A stretch of DNA of 64,000 nucleotides from Isurus oxyrinchus (taxonomy: Eukaryota), in assembly GCA_026770705.1 (NCBI GenBank), contig JANJGN010000034.1, positions 11,470,001-11,534,000 on the forward strand, given 5' to 3'. Positions 36,361 to 49,400 of this stretch are shown here, in pieces (position 1 is the first letter of the stretch; each line of letters starts with the position of its first letter). The notes under the pieces were generated by a model. The model saw nothing but the letters and a program-made list of their open reading frames with translations, made no database searches and was not told the origin of the DNA. The translations under genes were made by a program, and so were the position numbers.

Positions 36361-39300
36361 GGGCAAATGGATTAGCACACAGGGTCTGGTAATCAAAACA
36401 ATTGACACCACACATCGCTTCAGGCACCAGGTCCTGACATTCAGGGGTCATTCCTAACATCCTTACATCGACATCTCAACCAAACACACCTCCCAGCCAT
36501 ACCAGCTACCCACATGGTAGACACAGCCACCATATACTTCCAGAGATTCAGCTACTGCACACATCACACACACATTTAATGATGCCCTGGCCTCTCTCCT
36601 GCAGGAGATTACATTCACAAGAGCTGGGAACGCCAGTGGACCAGAAGAGGACCAGTCCAAATGCAGTCCCTCAGTGCTAAGGGGGGATTTACATTCGGAA
36701 CATTGGCAGAATTGCTACCGAACCAGTGGCATTTGGCGCAGTGTATGCCATCCTAAATGATGGTTAGTTGTTGCCTTGTGCACTTTGCCCACTAACTTCC
36801 TACTCCCACCCTGAAAGGTGACATGAAATTAAAACTTGCAAATTTAGTTACCATGGACAACACAGCCTCCTTTCTCTTATCCTTACTAAACGCCCCCAAT
36901 AGTTTTCATCATCCAAAAACTGTCAGCTGCTCAGCCCCTTCACAGAGAATAAGATTTGAAGAGGAAACACAGTCACTGAACCAAACGGTCGCAGCCACCA
37001 GCCCAGATATTTGCACACTTGCATAACTAAGAGGCTAGTTTCAGAATCAGAATCTGCAAGTATTAAGTCATTAGGCATGCTTGGGCTGCAGCCAGGACAG
37101 GGTATAGGTGAGCTCCTGTGCCCTCTCATGATGCCCATGACACCACCATTGCCCATTCATAACCCCATGAGCCCTCATATCTACCAGGCTCCGCATACAC
37201 TGTGCATAACCACTCATCCAGTATCCACTATGTGCAGAGCACATGAGACAAGTGATGCCAAACGCAAAGACTTTCAAATGCACTACAAAAAAATTGCATC
37301 TCTTACAAGCACAGAAAATGTCAACCAAACGTGCATCCATTCATAATCCAGAGATAAAACTTCAGTCCTAATGGCGGAAAGAAATCTCTTAAGTGGTCAT
37401 TAAGTTGTGAAATTAAACAACCACCCATTCAAAAAAAAATGCATTAAAGAAACTGAAACCAATGGCATGAGCATAAAACAGTCAGTTCGCTTCACAGCTG
37501 TGTCAACAGATCCCCTGATGAGCTGAGTGGTTTCCGAAACTCAGCCAAGTATTCCTAATGGGCTCAGCTGCAAAAAACAGACTATTACAGCGGAAAAGAA
37601 TTATCACTTTTGAAGTAAAAGGAATGGATGGAGAGGTTTTCTTCTCAAAATTTCAGTTTAGACCAGGAACAAATGGACAGATTTTTTTCAATCTTCAGAT
37701 CACAAAAAACAGGCTCCCCCTCTCACATTTTTACATGTTTTTGAACGCATAAGTACAATTTCCGCAATGAAAATATACCCTAATGCATCTCAATACGTAA
37801 CCAGTTCTGGTCAATGTAATTCTCAACTTATCTTTTAAGGGCAGATAGTTCTGATCAATCATTGTATTAAAAACATAATTAAAGCGATAGAAAAACCATG
37901 AACACACACTTACACGGGTACACCGTCTTTAAAAGCACATATTATCTTACACCATCTAAACATGTTTGAACATATGTGTCAAAACGCTCAGGACTCCAGA
38001 GTAGTATTTCCCCCATGATTGCGAAATCCTCTGCGGAGCCATGAACGGCATCGCCTTGGAAAGGTTGCCCTAAATGCATCAACATTGTACGGGGCTTTCA
38101 AAGGTCCACACCTCCAGCAACACCAACAACACCGCCCCCCCGCCCACCCTCGCCCCGCAATGGAATCAGAACAGTTGCGAGTACAAGGTGCAGGGTCGCT
38201 TTCCTGTGCCGGCAAAAGCTGCTGACAATGGGAATGGGGCGGGTATCTTAGAATCCGGCCCCACCCACCAATTTTATAGACCTTCTGACTCGGTATGAAG
38301 GCACAAAAAGCCAGCCCCATGTGTGTGAATCTGTGTTTAAAACCTTGTGATGAGCCCTAGTGGACAAAATAATCTGCATTGTGAAATGTTGTTCAGGGAA
38401 GCCTCAAGTTACAAGATATATTCAATAACCTGTATAAAAGGTTTGGTAAGTAATCATGGGGCCTGGTACACTATGTAACACCAGAATTGGTTGATGCTGT
38501 GTATGGATTTGGGTAATGTTGTTTGTAGCATCGAACCCAGCCTATGTGAAACTACCGCCCTACTGTGGTCTGACACTACTCTCCTGTTTTACACAGTACT
38601 TTCCAAATACGGACCCACAACAAATTGGAGGTCAGTCACTCCACCTCGACTGCAATTATAGTATTAGTCGTCCATTCAGATAAAAAAACGTGCCACCACT
38701 ATATACAGGGGACCAATTTGTGAGCAGCAAATGCAGTAGACTAAATTTAAAGATGTGTAAGTGAATCGATGTCTCCCTTGGAATGCATAATTGGGTCCTT
38801 GGAAGGTAAAGAGGGGGAGATAAAGGGGCAACCGATAGGCCTTCTCTAATTCCATGCAAAGGAGTGAGATGTTGGGCGCGTTGGAAGACTGGACCAAGAC
38901 GTAATGGAGGGAAATGTTCCTATGGAATGCTGACAGGAGACGTGATGGACTATTAAAGTGAAGCTTGGGATTTAGGGAGATAATTAGCATAAACGTTTCC
39001 TGCTAGTATGAAATGCTTTAAAATGCAACATGAAATAAAATGACAAATAGATTTCACCATTAATGAGTTTCCCATTCACCGATATCAAAGTGGAAGTCTT
39101 CATTTGGAAATATGCATGGAAGAAGGCTATGGAAAACAGTTCAAGGGTTAAAACAATTTGATAGTTCGATACTTCATAGCATCAAATTAACAGTTATTTG
39201 TGAGTGCAACAAGTGCAATGTTACCCCCAATTCTATCAACAAAACTAACAGGACCAAAGAGCTGCACTTTCTTTCTATTCATACAATTAACTATTAAATA

Positions 39301-39362
39301 ACTTGACCTTTGCATGGGTGAAATATAAGTTAATGAAATAGGATTCAGAAATGTGTACTTAC

Positions 39363-39621
39363 TTATTACAACTTTTTGTTTGGTTGAGGTGTTGTTCCTT
39401 TTTGTTAATCCGTTTTAGGGGCTGAGAGGTATGTGTTCCAGCGCCATTCAAAGTAATGCTAGAAATGATGAGTTGTTGCCCTTTTTGCTGCAGAGAGGCA
39501 TTGTTGATACACTATTCTAATTCTGCAGGGAGGTTTGAGGCCATAGAACACGAGAAATTAATGTTTTTTCAAAAAGATAAGCGGACAAATCAGAGTCTAT
39601 GGATATGTTAGGGAGATTGGG
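39363..39621 (-). pseudogene. Gene A IgC B-type domain exon (stop, two frameshifts, acceptor lost)
   Basis: PNLPNISIDSDLSAYLFEK/NINFSCSMASNLPAELE*CINNASLQQKGQQLIISSITLNGAGTHTSQP/NGLTKRNNTSTKQKVVI|gtaagt. Matches the CEACAM B-domain pattern (LSC.A.SNPPA...W..N....Q.L.I..IT....G.YTC). Conserved Trp is TAG and the second Cys is Ser. Confidence 0.9.
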
Positions 39622-39824
39622 TAAAAGTAAAATAAGTGCGAAATATATTTTAATAACATTATGCTAAAATGAAAAGCAGCAGTGGACTATACATTTATGG
39701 CAATCACCAACATCAGAGAAACTACGCATCCTTGTGTTTTATGCACTCCATCATGCAAACATAAGTCAATAAGTTGTGCCATTTTCCCCGGTGCTCACTG
39801 GTGGGATCCAATGTCAGTTTTTTA

Positions 39825-41720
39825 TTACTTCGTTCATGGGAGGTTTCAATTACTGCCAGGCCAGCATTTATTGCCCATCCCTAGTTGCCCTTGATAAGGT
39901 GTTGGTGTGCTGCCTTCCTGGGACTCTGCAATCCACATAGAGCACGTGTACCCACACTGTATTTGAGAGGGTTGGGTGTGGTGGTGGGCTGGTGTTTCCA
40001 AGATTTTCTCCCAGCAATAGTTGAATTTCCAAGTCAGGGGGGTGTGTGGCTTTAGGTTGGGGGGTAGAAGGGTGGTGGCGATGGTGGACGTCCTGGTGGT
40101 TGTCTTCCCACTTGTCTGCTGCCCTTCTCCTCCGAGATAGTCGGGGTTTTGGGTTTGGGATGGGCTGTCTAAGAAGCATTGGTCAGCTCCTGCAGTGCAA
40201 GTTGCAGATGCATCGACATTGCTGCTACTATGCATCGGAGGTGGAAGGAGTAAATGTTTGTGCATGAGCTACCAATCAAGTAAGTTGCTTCGTCCTGGAT
40301 GGTGTTGAGTTTCAGGAGTGTTGTGGGAGCTGCATTCATCCAGGCAACTGGGGAGTATTCCATCACACTCCTGACTTGTGCCTTGTAGGTGGTGTACAGC
40401 CTTTGGGGAGTCAGCAGCTGAGTTACTCGTCACAGAATTCCCAGCCTCTTACCTGCTCTTGTCACCATGCTATTTATATGGCTAATCCAGTTCAGGTTAT
40501 GGACAATGCTAATCCCGAGGTTATTGGCAGTGTGGGATTCAGTGATGGTAATGACTTTCAATGTCATGAGGCAGCGAATAGATTTTCCATTTTTGGAGAG
40601 GTTCCTAACAATTGTGTGGCACGAATGTTACTTGCTACTTGCCAGCCCAAACCTGGATATTGTCATGGTCTTGCTGCATTTGGACATGGATTGCTTCAGC
40701 GTCCGAAGGGTCACAAATGGTACTGAATTTTGACAATCATCAGTGAACATACCTCCTTCTGACCTTATAATGGGAGGAAGGTCATTTATGAAGAAATTGA
40801 CGATGGATCCGGGGAGGGGATTATCCCGATGAACCCACGCAGCGATGTCCCAGAGCTGATATGATTGATCTCCAACAACTAGAGCCAACTTCCTTTGTGC
40901 GAGGTAAGACCCCCACCAGCCGACAGCTATCCTCCTCTTATGCATTGATTTTACTATTGCAAAGGCTCCTTGAAGCCACATTCGGTCGAATGCAGCCTTG
41001 ATGTCACTCACACCTCAACTCTGGAGTTCAGATCTTCTGCCGATGTTTGAACCAAGGCTGCAATTGTTCAAACCATTACAGGAACTGAGCGATTTTTGTG
41101 GATCCCAAAGTTGGCATTGGTGAGTTGCTTATTTCGAAGCAAGTGTTGCTTGATAGCACTGCTGGTGATCCCCTACATCACTTTTCTGACTGTAGGGAGA
41201 AAACAGTTAGCGCAGTAATTGGCTGGGTTGGATTTCTAATGCTTTTTGTGCAGCGAACGTACCTGGGCAAATTTCCACAATGGCGGGTAATGCCAGTGCT
41301 GTAGAAGCCAATGCTGCAGCTGTACTGGAACAGCATGGCTAGGGTCGCAGCAATTTGAGAAACATAAGTCTTCAGCTCTGTTGCCGCAATATTGTCAGGG
41401 CCAAAGCCTTTGCAGTATCCAATGCCTTGAGCTGTTTGTTGATATCTCATGTAGTGAACCGAATTGACTGAAGACTGGCACCTGTAATGCTGGGGAACTC
41501 CGGCGAGGCCGAGATGGATCATCCTGGAACTTATGGCTGGAGATTGTTCCAAAAGACTCAGCCTTATCTTTTGCATTCACGTGTTGGTCTTCCCCATAAT
41601 TGCGAATGGGGATTTTTGTGGAGCCTCCTCCTCCAATGAGTGGTTTAGTTGTCCACTACCATTCACAATTGGATGTGGCAGGACTGCAGAGCTTAGATCT
41701 GATCCGTTGATTATGGAATT
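39825..41720 (-). mobile_element. Degenerate non-LTR retrotransposon (CR1/L2 group) reverse transcriptase and 3' tail; also at 1-430
   Basis: Fragments DIKAAFDRMW, FFINDLPPIIRSEGGMFTDD (RT YADD-equivalent) and MEYSPVAWMNAAPTTLLKLNTIQDEA. The 3' tail is gggcaactagggatgggcaataaatgctggcc. Confidence 0.9.
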
Positions 41721-42945
41721 CTTTAGCTCTGCCAGGTTAGCAATGGTGGCACCAGAATTGAACCTGGGGAGATTGTGGTGCAGTACCATTAACACTGTAT
41801 TCGTAATTCAAAGGCCCAGCATAAGGCCCTGGGGACATGGGTTCAACTGCTACCACAATATCTAATGGACTTTAAATTAAATTAATAAATCTGGAATATA
41901 ATGCTAGTCTCAGTAATGGTGACTAACCAGGGCAACTATCAGTCATAGACAGATAATCAAGCTGGTTCACTAATGTCCTTTGGGGTAGGAAATCTGTGGT
42001 CCCTAACACTTATGGCTTCCAAACACACAGATATGTGGTTGACTCTCAACTGCCTTCTGAAGTGGCCTTGTACGCCATTCAGTTCAAGGGCAATAAAGGA
42101 TGGGCGGCAAATGCTGGCCTTGTGAGTGACACCCACATTCCATGATTTTTTAAAAAATAAATGCCAAGGTCTCCTGAATCTGATGATTTCTAATCACGTT
42201 TGTTGAATACATATGTACATTTGGAGTTCAGGGATGGAGAGGATATGATTCCTGCTGTGAGCTGCAATTTTAAAATGTGAGATCTGTACAAACCTGCTGG
42301 GCACATACAGCAGTATGGTTGCATCAAAATGTATTGTTCTGAGAAAAAATATCTATTAAAATTTGAGTTGGACAATTATGATTCTTTCCCTCAAACCAGT
42401 CTGAAGTTCATCTTTTATCGGATTTAAAAATAAACTTACTAACTTCATTGAAAATATTCGTAATGAAACCCGAATTTTCACTGAAGCATCACACAACCGT
42501 TCAAATACTACGTACAACAAACTCGTATGCATTACATCATCTGGTGTTCCCGCTCGTAGAATTAAGATTGAGCCGTTATGTCTAATGGCTTCTGGGATCA
42601 TACCACAATAAGTTCATCACCCCCAAAAGTTAATTCATTTAAGATTAGTCTGTAAACAAAGAAGTGTATAGCCAACAAATACTGTTCAATACTATCAATT
42701 ATCAATGAACATATATTTTATGATGAGTTCTGTCTCAAAAACATCTAAGTATTTCGAGTATACTTATTTAAATAAATAATCTCTGAGGCAATATTCCTTG
42801 GCAATGTAAAAGTGTTGAGCTATTAGTTTACATGTTTCAGTAAATAATCCTTATATGCAAACAATCATTTATTTCCCTTTTCCAATCTGAAATGTAGCAG
42901 GTATGGTGATAAGTTACAAAAATAATGATCTGTTGGAGCACCTGC

Positions 42946-43239
42946 AGCTACCATTTAGATTGTTTCGGTCACTTGTTACTCTGCAAAAGGAGTTGAATGC
43001 ATAGCACTTGAATCGTCCATCAGACCTAATCACTAGTGATATATAGTGAGAAATATAGTGAGAGTTCTATTACCACCACTTAGATCAAAGCTGCTATCCG
43101 TAATAATAGCGCGATTATCCTCAAGCCACTGATATGAAACTGCAATGCCTGATACGATGCATGTCAGATGTCAATACGGTGTCATTGTATTTGACTGTGT
43201 TGGTGACATTGGTGATAATATTAGGTTTGTAAACAGGTT
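42946..43239 (-). pseudogene. Gene A IgC A-type domain exon, copy 2 (two frameshifts)
   Basis: ttgacag|EPVYKPNIITNVTNTVKYNDTV/LTCIVSGIAVSYQWLEDNRAIITDSSFDLSGGNRTLTI/SLVIRSDGRFKCYAFNSFCRVTSDRNNLN. Matches the CEACAM A-domain pattern (KPxI..TC..Y.W..LSxxNRTLT..C..N..SD). Confidence 0.9.
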
Positions 43240-45889
43240 CTGTCAAAACACAGGAAAGTAGGTATCAGACCTTAAAAGTAAATTTGGAGGATGGTGGATT
43301 TAGCTCCAAGTTCTAAAGGCAGCATTTCATTTTGAATTTTCATCTGTTGTTTCCTTGCGGTAATAATTCCTGTGATGCTGGTGTTAATAATTCTACGATC
43401 ATTATCCCCACCCCACTACCCCCACGCAACCCCCACCTCCCCCTCACCACACGTGCCCCGCACACCCACACCCTCCGCCCCCAACGAGGTAAACCTGTCT
43501 CCTTGAATTTATTGCTCACTTAGAATATCAACTTAAATAAATTTCCAATCATGAAAGGAACATAGCCTACTAAACCAATTACAGACTCGGTCCTAAAATA
43601 AAATGTCCTCTCCCCGAAGACCTCGAACCTAATGTATTTATTTGAAGATAGAACATGCGTAGAGGTATCTTATAGCAGACTGAACTATTGTGGAGTTTCC
43701 CAAAATCAGCTCTTCGGATTCTAACTTCGACTCCAAGGATATTTTGATCATGTATGTGGGCTCGCGGGAGAATATAGTTTGGAGACTGCAACTCTTGTGC
43801 ACTTACTTAATACATGTTTTAAATCAAATCCAAATATATATTACAGCTAATACATGAAACATATAGATGATAACTAAATCAAATCATATCATCTCAATAA
43901 TATTTAAGGGAAATACATTTTAACCCACCATAATCAGCAGTTTTTTTTGCATAAAAAACAAATATCAATTAAAGGTAATCATACGCACAAACCATTGTAA
44001 TTACTCAAGATTCTGGAGAGTCTTTGTCTCAAATATAGGGATTCCAAGCTTAGACTGATACTCATTCTATGGCTGCAAAGAAGGCCAAAAGATTGTTGAC
44101 CTATGGGCACCATTACCATCTGTCTGTTTAGAAACATCGCAGCTGAACACAAAAAGGCTTTCGTTATGCATTGGTGTTTGTGATTCCAAAAGAAAAAGCA
44201 GTGAATGAAAATAAGCTATTTATCGGATCAATGTCATTGGTGAGTATAGATAAGAGACATTTACAGACTAAATGGAAACATTTTGGTTGGCAGCCTTTCA
44301 AATAGTAGAGAGACAATCCAAAGGCTTTTTTGGTTATCTTTGGACTTGACATCCTCGCAACGATTCATGTAGTGTATCCATGCTATAATATCAAGCTATA
44401 TGCCTAATTGCTTTCCTCTATTAATGTTAATTAGTGCGTCTTAAATTTGCAATAATTGTGTCAGGTTTGTCACACGGTGAACTTAAACCGTGCAAGATCT
44501 ATCTGTTGATCCCTGAGATTCAGACTGCGCAGCAGAGACCTGGACTCCAGTAATATAACATTCTGCCCTTCTCATCATTCTCAAAATAAGAGCCAAACTA
44601 CTCACTGCAATAAAAAAAGTTTCTCCTCATAATACTTTTGTTTATTTTATTGATTACTTTAAATTGGTGTCCTCACGTTCTCGATCCATTTCTACTGGGA
44701 ATAGGTTCTCCCTAACTACTCTATCCAAACCCCTCACTATTCTGATACCTCCATGGAGCAGTTCCACTGGTGAGAAACCTACAGCTGGAATTGCAGCTCG
44801 ATGGCGCAGCTGGGCTGAGTGCCAGTCAGAAATCGGGCTCCAGAGGCTCTTGATGTTTCTCACTGCTCGCTCAGCCTCTCCGTAGCTTGGAAACGGACAG
44901 GCAACTGCTGACAAGAGCGATCCCATTGAGCTTGGCAAATTTTCTAAAGTGCTCATGCAAGGATTGTGGTCTGCAGTGAGACGGTTTTATCTGGAAACCC
45001 ATGTGTGTAAAGTATGGCCAGCAGCATCTTGCACGGTTGTGATATTTGAACAACTTGTTTGGAAAAGGTCAGGACACCGGAACATTTCACACAAAAATGC
45101 CGAAGACACGAGATATTACTCCCAGATCAAGAACTGGCACGTTGCATGGTGCTGCGCCAACCCAGTTAAGTGGGACCGCTGATTGTCTCCCGCTCCAGCA
45201 ATGTCTCAAGTTTGAAAAGGTTAAATGGCACTAAGTCCGAGTCACCTCTTAATCTCCGTGAGCCCCTTCTGTCCCCTGAAATCACGGCGATCCTCCAATT
45301 CTGGTCTCTGAATTACCCCGAACATTAATCACTCTTTCACGGTCGGACATTGCTGTTCACCTGCCTCAGTCCTAAATTCAAGAAATCCGATCCTGAACAT
45401 TTCCACTTCTCTACCTCTCCCTGTACAATAAGCAGCTTAAAACCGTTCCCTTTCACCGAGGTAACAGTCACTTGTCCTCTTTTTTTGCCCGGTGTCAAAT
45501 TGAATTTAGTAACAGCGCTAAGAAGCAGCTCGTGACGCTGTGTTAGGTTAAAGGGCCTATATAATTGTTAGGTTGTCTCGTTTTGTTTACTGGCCCTGTG
45601 TTATTGAAAGGATGACCTTAAATCGCCATTGGGTGGAATTTCTCCCTGAGCCGGCAGCACAAATCGGGTGCGGTCACTTTGGCCGCCCATTAAAGCCCGT
45701 CGCCGTACCCCACGGCTCTTCCCCACACTCTGAATATCGGACCCCTCTCCGGCTTAGATCTGGTTTCCCGTTCCTATTTAGATCATTTGACCTCCTGGCG
45801 AGCAGGAGGCTAACGGAAGACGGCCGGCGACAGGGAAGTAATGCGATAAAGGCCGCAGACTCCTTCTACGTTCAACTGCGGCAGCAACA

Positions 45890-46175
45890 CTGGGTGCTCA
45901 GCTCTGAATGGACGGAGGTCAAGTCCGATGTTTATCGTCCCTCCCTATTCCAACGACAGACTGACCGATACCTTTCTCCCTGAATACTCAGTTCCTATAC
46001 CCCGCCTCAGTCGACGGCTCCACTGGGTTTGCGGGGGGTGGGGGGTTTGGTGGGGGCGGGGGGGCTGGTGGCGGGGGGGGGGGGCGATGGGGACGGATGG
46101 GTGGAAATGCTTTGCCTCCGACTGTCACATTTATCTGAATGTTTTCTTTCAAGGTACTTAAACCCTGGGGATCAG
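45890..46175 (-). pseudogene. Gene A IgV-like N-domain exon, copy 2 (decayed; 3' end approximate)
   Basis: ccttag|ADPQGLSTLKENIQINVTVGGKAF, then a C-rich insertion, then VEPSTEAGYRN*VFREKGIGQ. Homologous to the gene B N exons (RIKATVGGNA..VEPSAVVRNGRWQF). Confidence 0.7.
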
Positions 46176-46341
46176 CTAAGGAAAGGTAATCACATCAGCG
46201 AAGCGAAGCGGCCAAACTCGACACGGCATTTTCATTTCTAAACTGATAATTCCTGTTATATTTTAACCTGATTCTCTGACAAGCTCTTTTTGTCTTCCTT
46301 CTCTATCTTTAAAAGAAATAATACGAGACATTGATACTCAC

Positions 46342-46421
46342 CTTTATCCATTAATAAGCAAAGAGCGACCACAGTTAAAAGGGGTCTGATCAACCCAAGA
46401 AAACCTCGCCCACTGTCACAC
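46342..46421 (-). pseudogene. Gene A leader (signal peptide) exon, copy 2; start codon lost
   Basis: Reads DSGRGFLGLIRPLLTVVALCLLMDK-G|gtgagt (phase-1 donor). The position of the copy-1 ATG is GTG here, followed by TGA. Confidence 0.75.
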
Positions 46422-49400
46422 TCTCGGTACAACTCGGTGACTGACCCGCACTTCCTGGTGTGCAGAGCAGATCAGGTCAATCATTGGCTAAAGCTGCAAA
46501 GCTGATTGGACCGAGTGCTTTTAACCCGACTGGAAACCTCACTTCACAGAAAAGCAGCTGCATATACATTCGAAATTAGGATTGGCCTAAATAGCCAAGT
46601 GGTTATGGTACTGGGTTTGTAACCTCAAGAGTTCAAATCTCACAATGGCAAACTATGAAACAATGTAACTTCATCTGAATAGGAACAGATGGAAACGTGT
46701 TTGTACTCGAAAGAGTTACTTTAGAAATTATTGAAAATATGCAACGAAGTCGGTTTATTGTTAGTTGAGCAATTAAAACATTTCTCCAGGAATTAAAACA
46801 TTAAAAACATTTTAAAAAAATCTCCGGGAATGTATTTCTGAAAGGTGAGTTTCAACTGGAAATGATTATTCCCTGGCCTACAATTTTAATCTAATTGGAT
46901 AGTCCATTCAAAGGTTCCCGCTGATTGGCTTCCTTCTATAGTGGTGGGGGACGGCGGGCGAGGAGGAAGGTGCATGGTGTCATTTATTCATTATGTTTTG
47001 CGGCTTAGTTGTCAACATTCTCGCTGTGAGCCGGTACGTTGTGGGTGCCATTTCCCACTCCCGCTGTCCGCCACTCTTATGTGGCCTGCAGTCCTTCCAG
47101 TTCTCCACACGGGTCACGACTGTGAAAATAAACAAAAAGAGACATATATTCGTGTTCAGATGCTGTGCTTTTGGCATTGCTGTTAGCCCCCACCACCCCC
47201 CACCCACCCCCGACACCCACAGCCCCACACACCCCACCCATCCCCCGCCCGCCGAGTTATCACACCAACAATGAATGCTCCTTCGGGAGGCAATTAAAAT
47301 CGACCACAGATTAGGAGAAGCATGAGTTCTTGACAGTTTGGCAACATGTCAATCAGAGGATATCTGGGAGCTTCAATCGAACATTTGGCCGAACATTTCA
47401 CAAACAAACATGTCGGCAGCAGATCATCCATGACGTGGCACATCCGGAGTTCAATGTTCAGGTGCAGGAAGGGTAGGGGATGAGGTAGGACTGACCAAGG
47501 GTAGGCCCACAGATTACTGACTTTCTGTTTCCGTGTTAAACCTATACTTGGTCCTACGTATTATATAAAAATTTTACGAAGCTGTCTTATTACAGAGAGC
47601 ATATTTGTCCTTGCACTCGCTCTCTGAAAAACCACACTCAGTTTAGTCAGTCTTCTTGTCATGCGTTTGTGCCCTTCGTATTGCATTGCGCATTGTATCC
47701 AAATAATCGTTCAGTACTATCGAAGTTGAGTATTGCTGAAAAATTGACATGCAATCAAATCTTTTCCTCTTCCACTCATCTGAATAGCTCGCAAAAATTG
47801 TAATGCGGGAACAACAATTTATACTGCATGAGCAGAGAGTGTTGAATGGTTGGCAATAGGATTCTGATTAATGGAGTTGTTGCCATGGAGAATGCAGCAT
47901 GAGACAGTTAGCTGCTCAGCTTTGTTAAAATTAAAGCCAGGCAGGACGACTCTGATTAGTGTAGAAGTTGCCCTGGGTAATGAAGCAGCGAATGAATTTT
48001 CCATAAACATATCTTTGGATGCAAGAAGGTGCAACATGTGAAAATGTTCATTTTGGTTGCAAAGGACAGGAGCCTGTGAGTGAATATATGTGAGCTCTAG
48101 GAGACACAAGTGAGCCACACTGCCACCTGACCGATAATGTTAAATTGCATTTCAGCATAATTCTTCGCACAATCAGGATTATTTGGCAGCTGTTGTCCTA
48201 ACGTGGACCTTCGCCCTAAGTTGGACACTATATTTTGAGAGTTTTGCAAGCAAAGCCTGATTGGGGATAGTCAGTACCTTCCTTCCCTGTTGTGAACAGC
48301 CGAAGGGACATGCTGTTTGATACGACCTTCCAAATGCTGGGACGTATCGCCGTTGTACCTGACAATACACTGGCACTGAAATTCAAAGACCACATGGCCA
48401 ATTGGTGAGTTAGGCCAAAAGCCTTTTTGGCTTGATGGCAACGTCCTTTTAGTAGAGATTGCCACCCGGAACCTAATGCATAGGAGCAGTGTGCTATGCC
48501 TAGCTTCGTTTATTTTATTGTGACATCGTACCCTTCCAGGGCAATCTGAAGTAGACTGGGCACTTTTCAGGACTGAATGTGGCAGCCTAAGGCCCACTAC
48601 TGAGTTTGTACAATATGCAGCAAAGGATAATTCGTTCAGGGGACATATTGTTCCACAGGATGACTTTGCTGTGCATGGCACATTGAGTCATTAAAACTGA
48701 ACTGAGTTCAGTTATGCACCCGTGAAGCCATAAATATTCACACACAGGACAATGCCCATTGTTTAACAAAGGAATTTGCCCTGGCATTGCTTCTTTGCAA
48801 CTAAACAAAACTTATGGAACAGTCATTGGGCAACACATAACCAATCAGCATCGACCTGCCTGGATTGATTTTGAACAAAGCTGGACGGTTAGTTTCTTGC
48901 TGCATTCACCATAGCAAGACTTCTGGCAATCAGAGTCCACTTGCCAACAAATCTGAATGATCTTCTCTTACAGTATAAATTGTTGTTTCCCTATTTCAAT
49001 AGGAACCGCCTTGGGAGCAATCCTGATGCAAGGCTAACGGAAAGCATTGAGACCATGTGTCTACTTCCAGAAGTACATTGTATTATAGCTTCCTGCTCGG
49101 AAATTAAGGATGCAAGTTGTCCGTAAATTAGGCACCCCTATTACTGAGCAATCCGATCACTGGTCTATACTGACAAGTTGCTCACGTTTCCATTTACTTG
49201 AAAAGTTCGTAAAATGCTAATCTGCCTCTCAATCCCAGTAAGTGAAATTTCAGATGTCGAAGTAACTGATGAAACATTTTAAAATGCGTATATTTTGAGG
49301 TGTCATGATTGAATTGCTTAATTGAGCCTTTTTCTGTTGTGCTTCTTTGTTCAACCTTTAATTCAACTTTTCTCAACATCTCCCAAGTGCACGACTTGAG

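Larger units (their letters stand above)
24085..46421 (-). pseudogene. CEACAM-like ITAM-bearing receptor locus (gene A, full exon set): leader, N, A, B, TM, 4 cytoplasmic exons. Ectodomain disabled, TM and tail intact.
   Basis: Manually translated exons appear in CEACAM order, with phase-1 junctions where splice sites survive. See the individual exon entries. Confidence 0.85.

Noticed and set aside
37515-37556. ctgatgag...gaaac resembling a hammerhead ribozyme core
   Set aside because: Stem II and stem I cannot pair; the sequence folds better as a simple gctgag/ctcagc hairpin.
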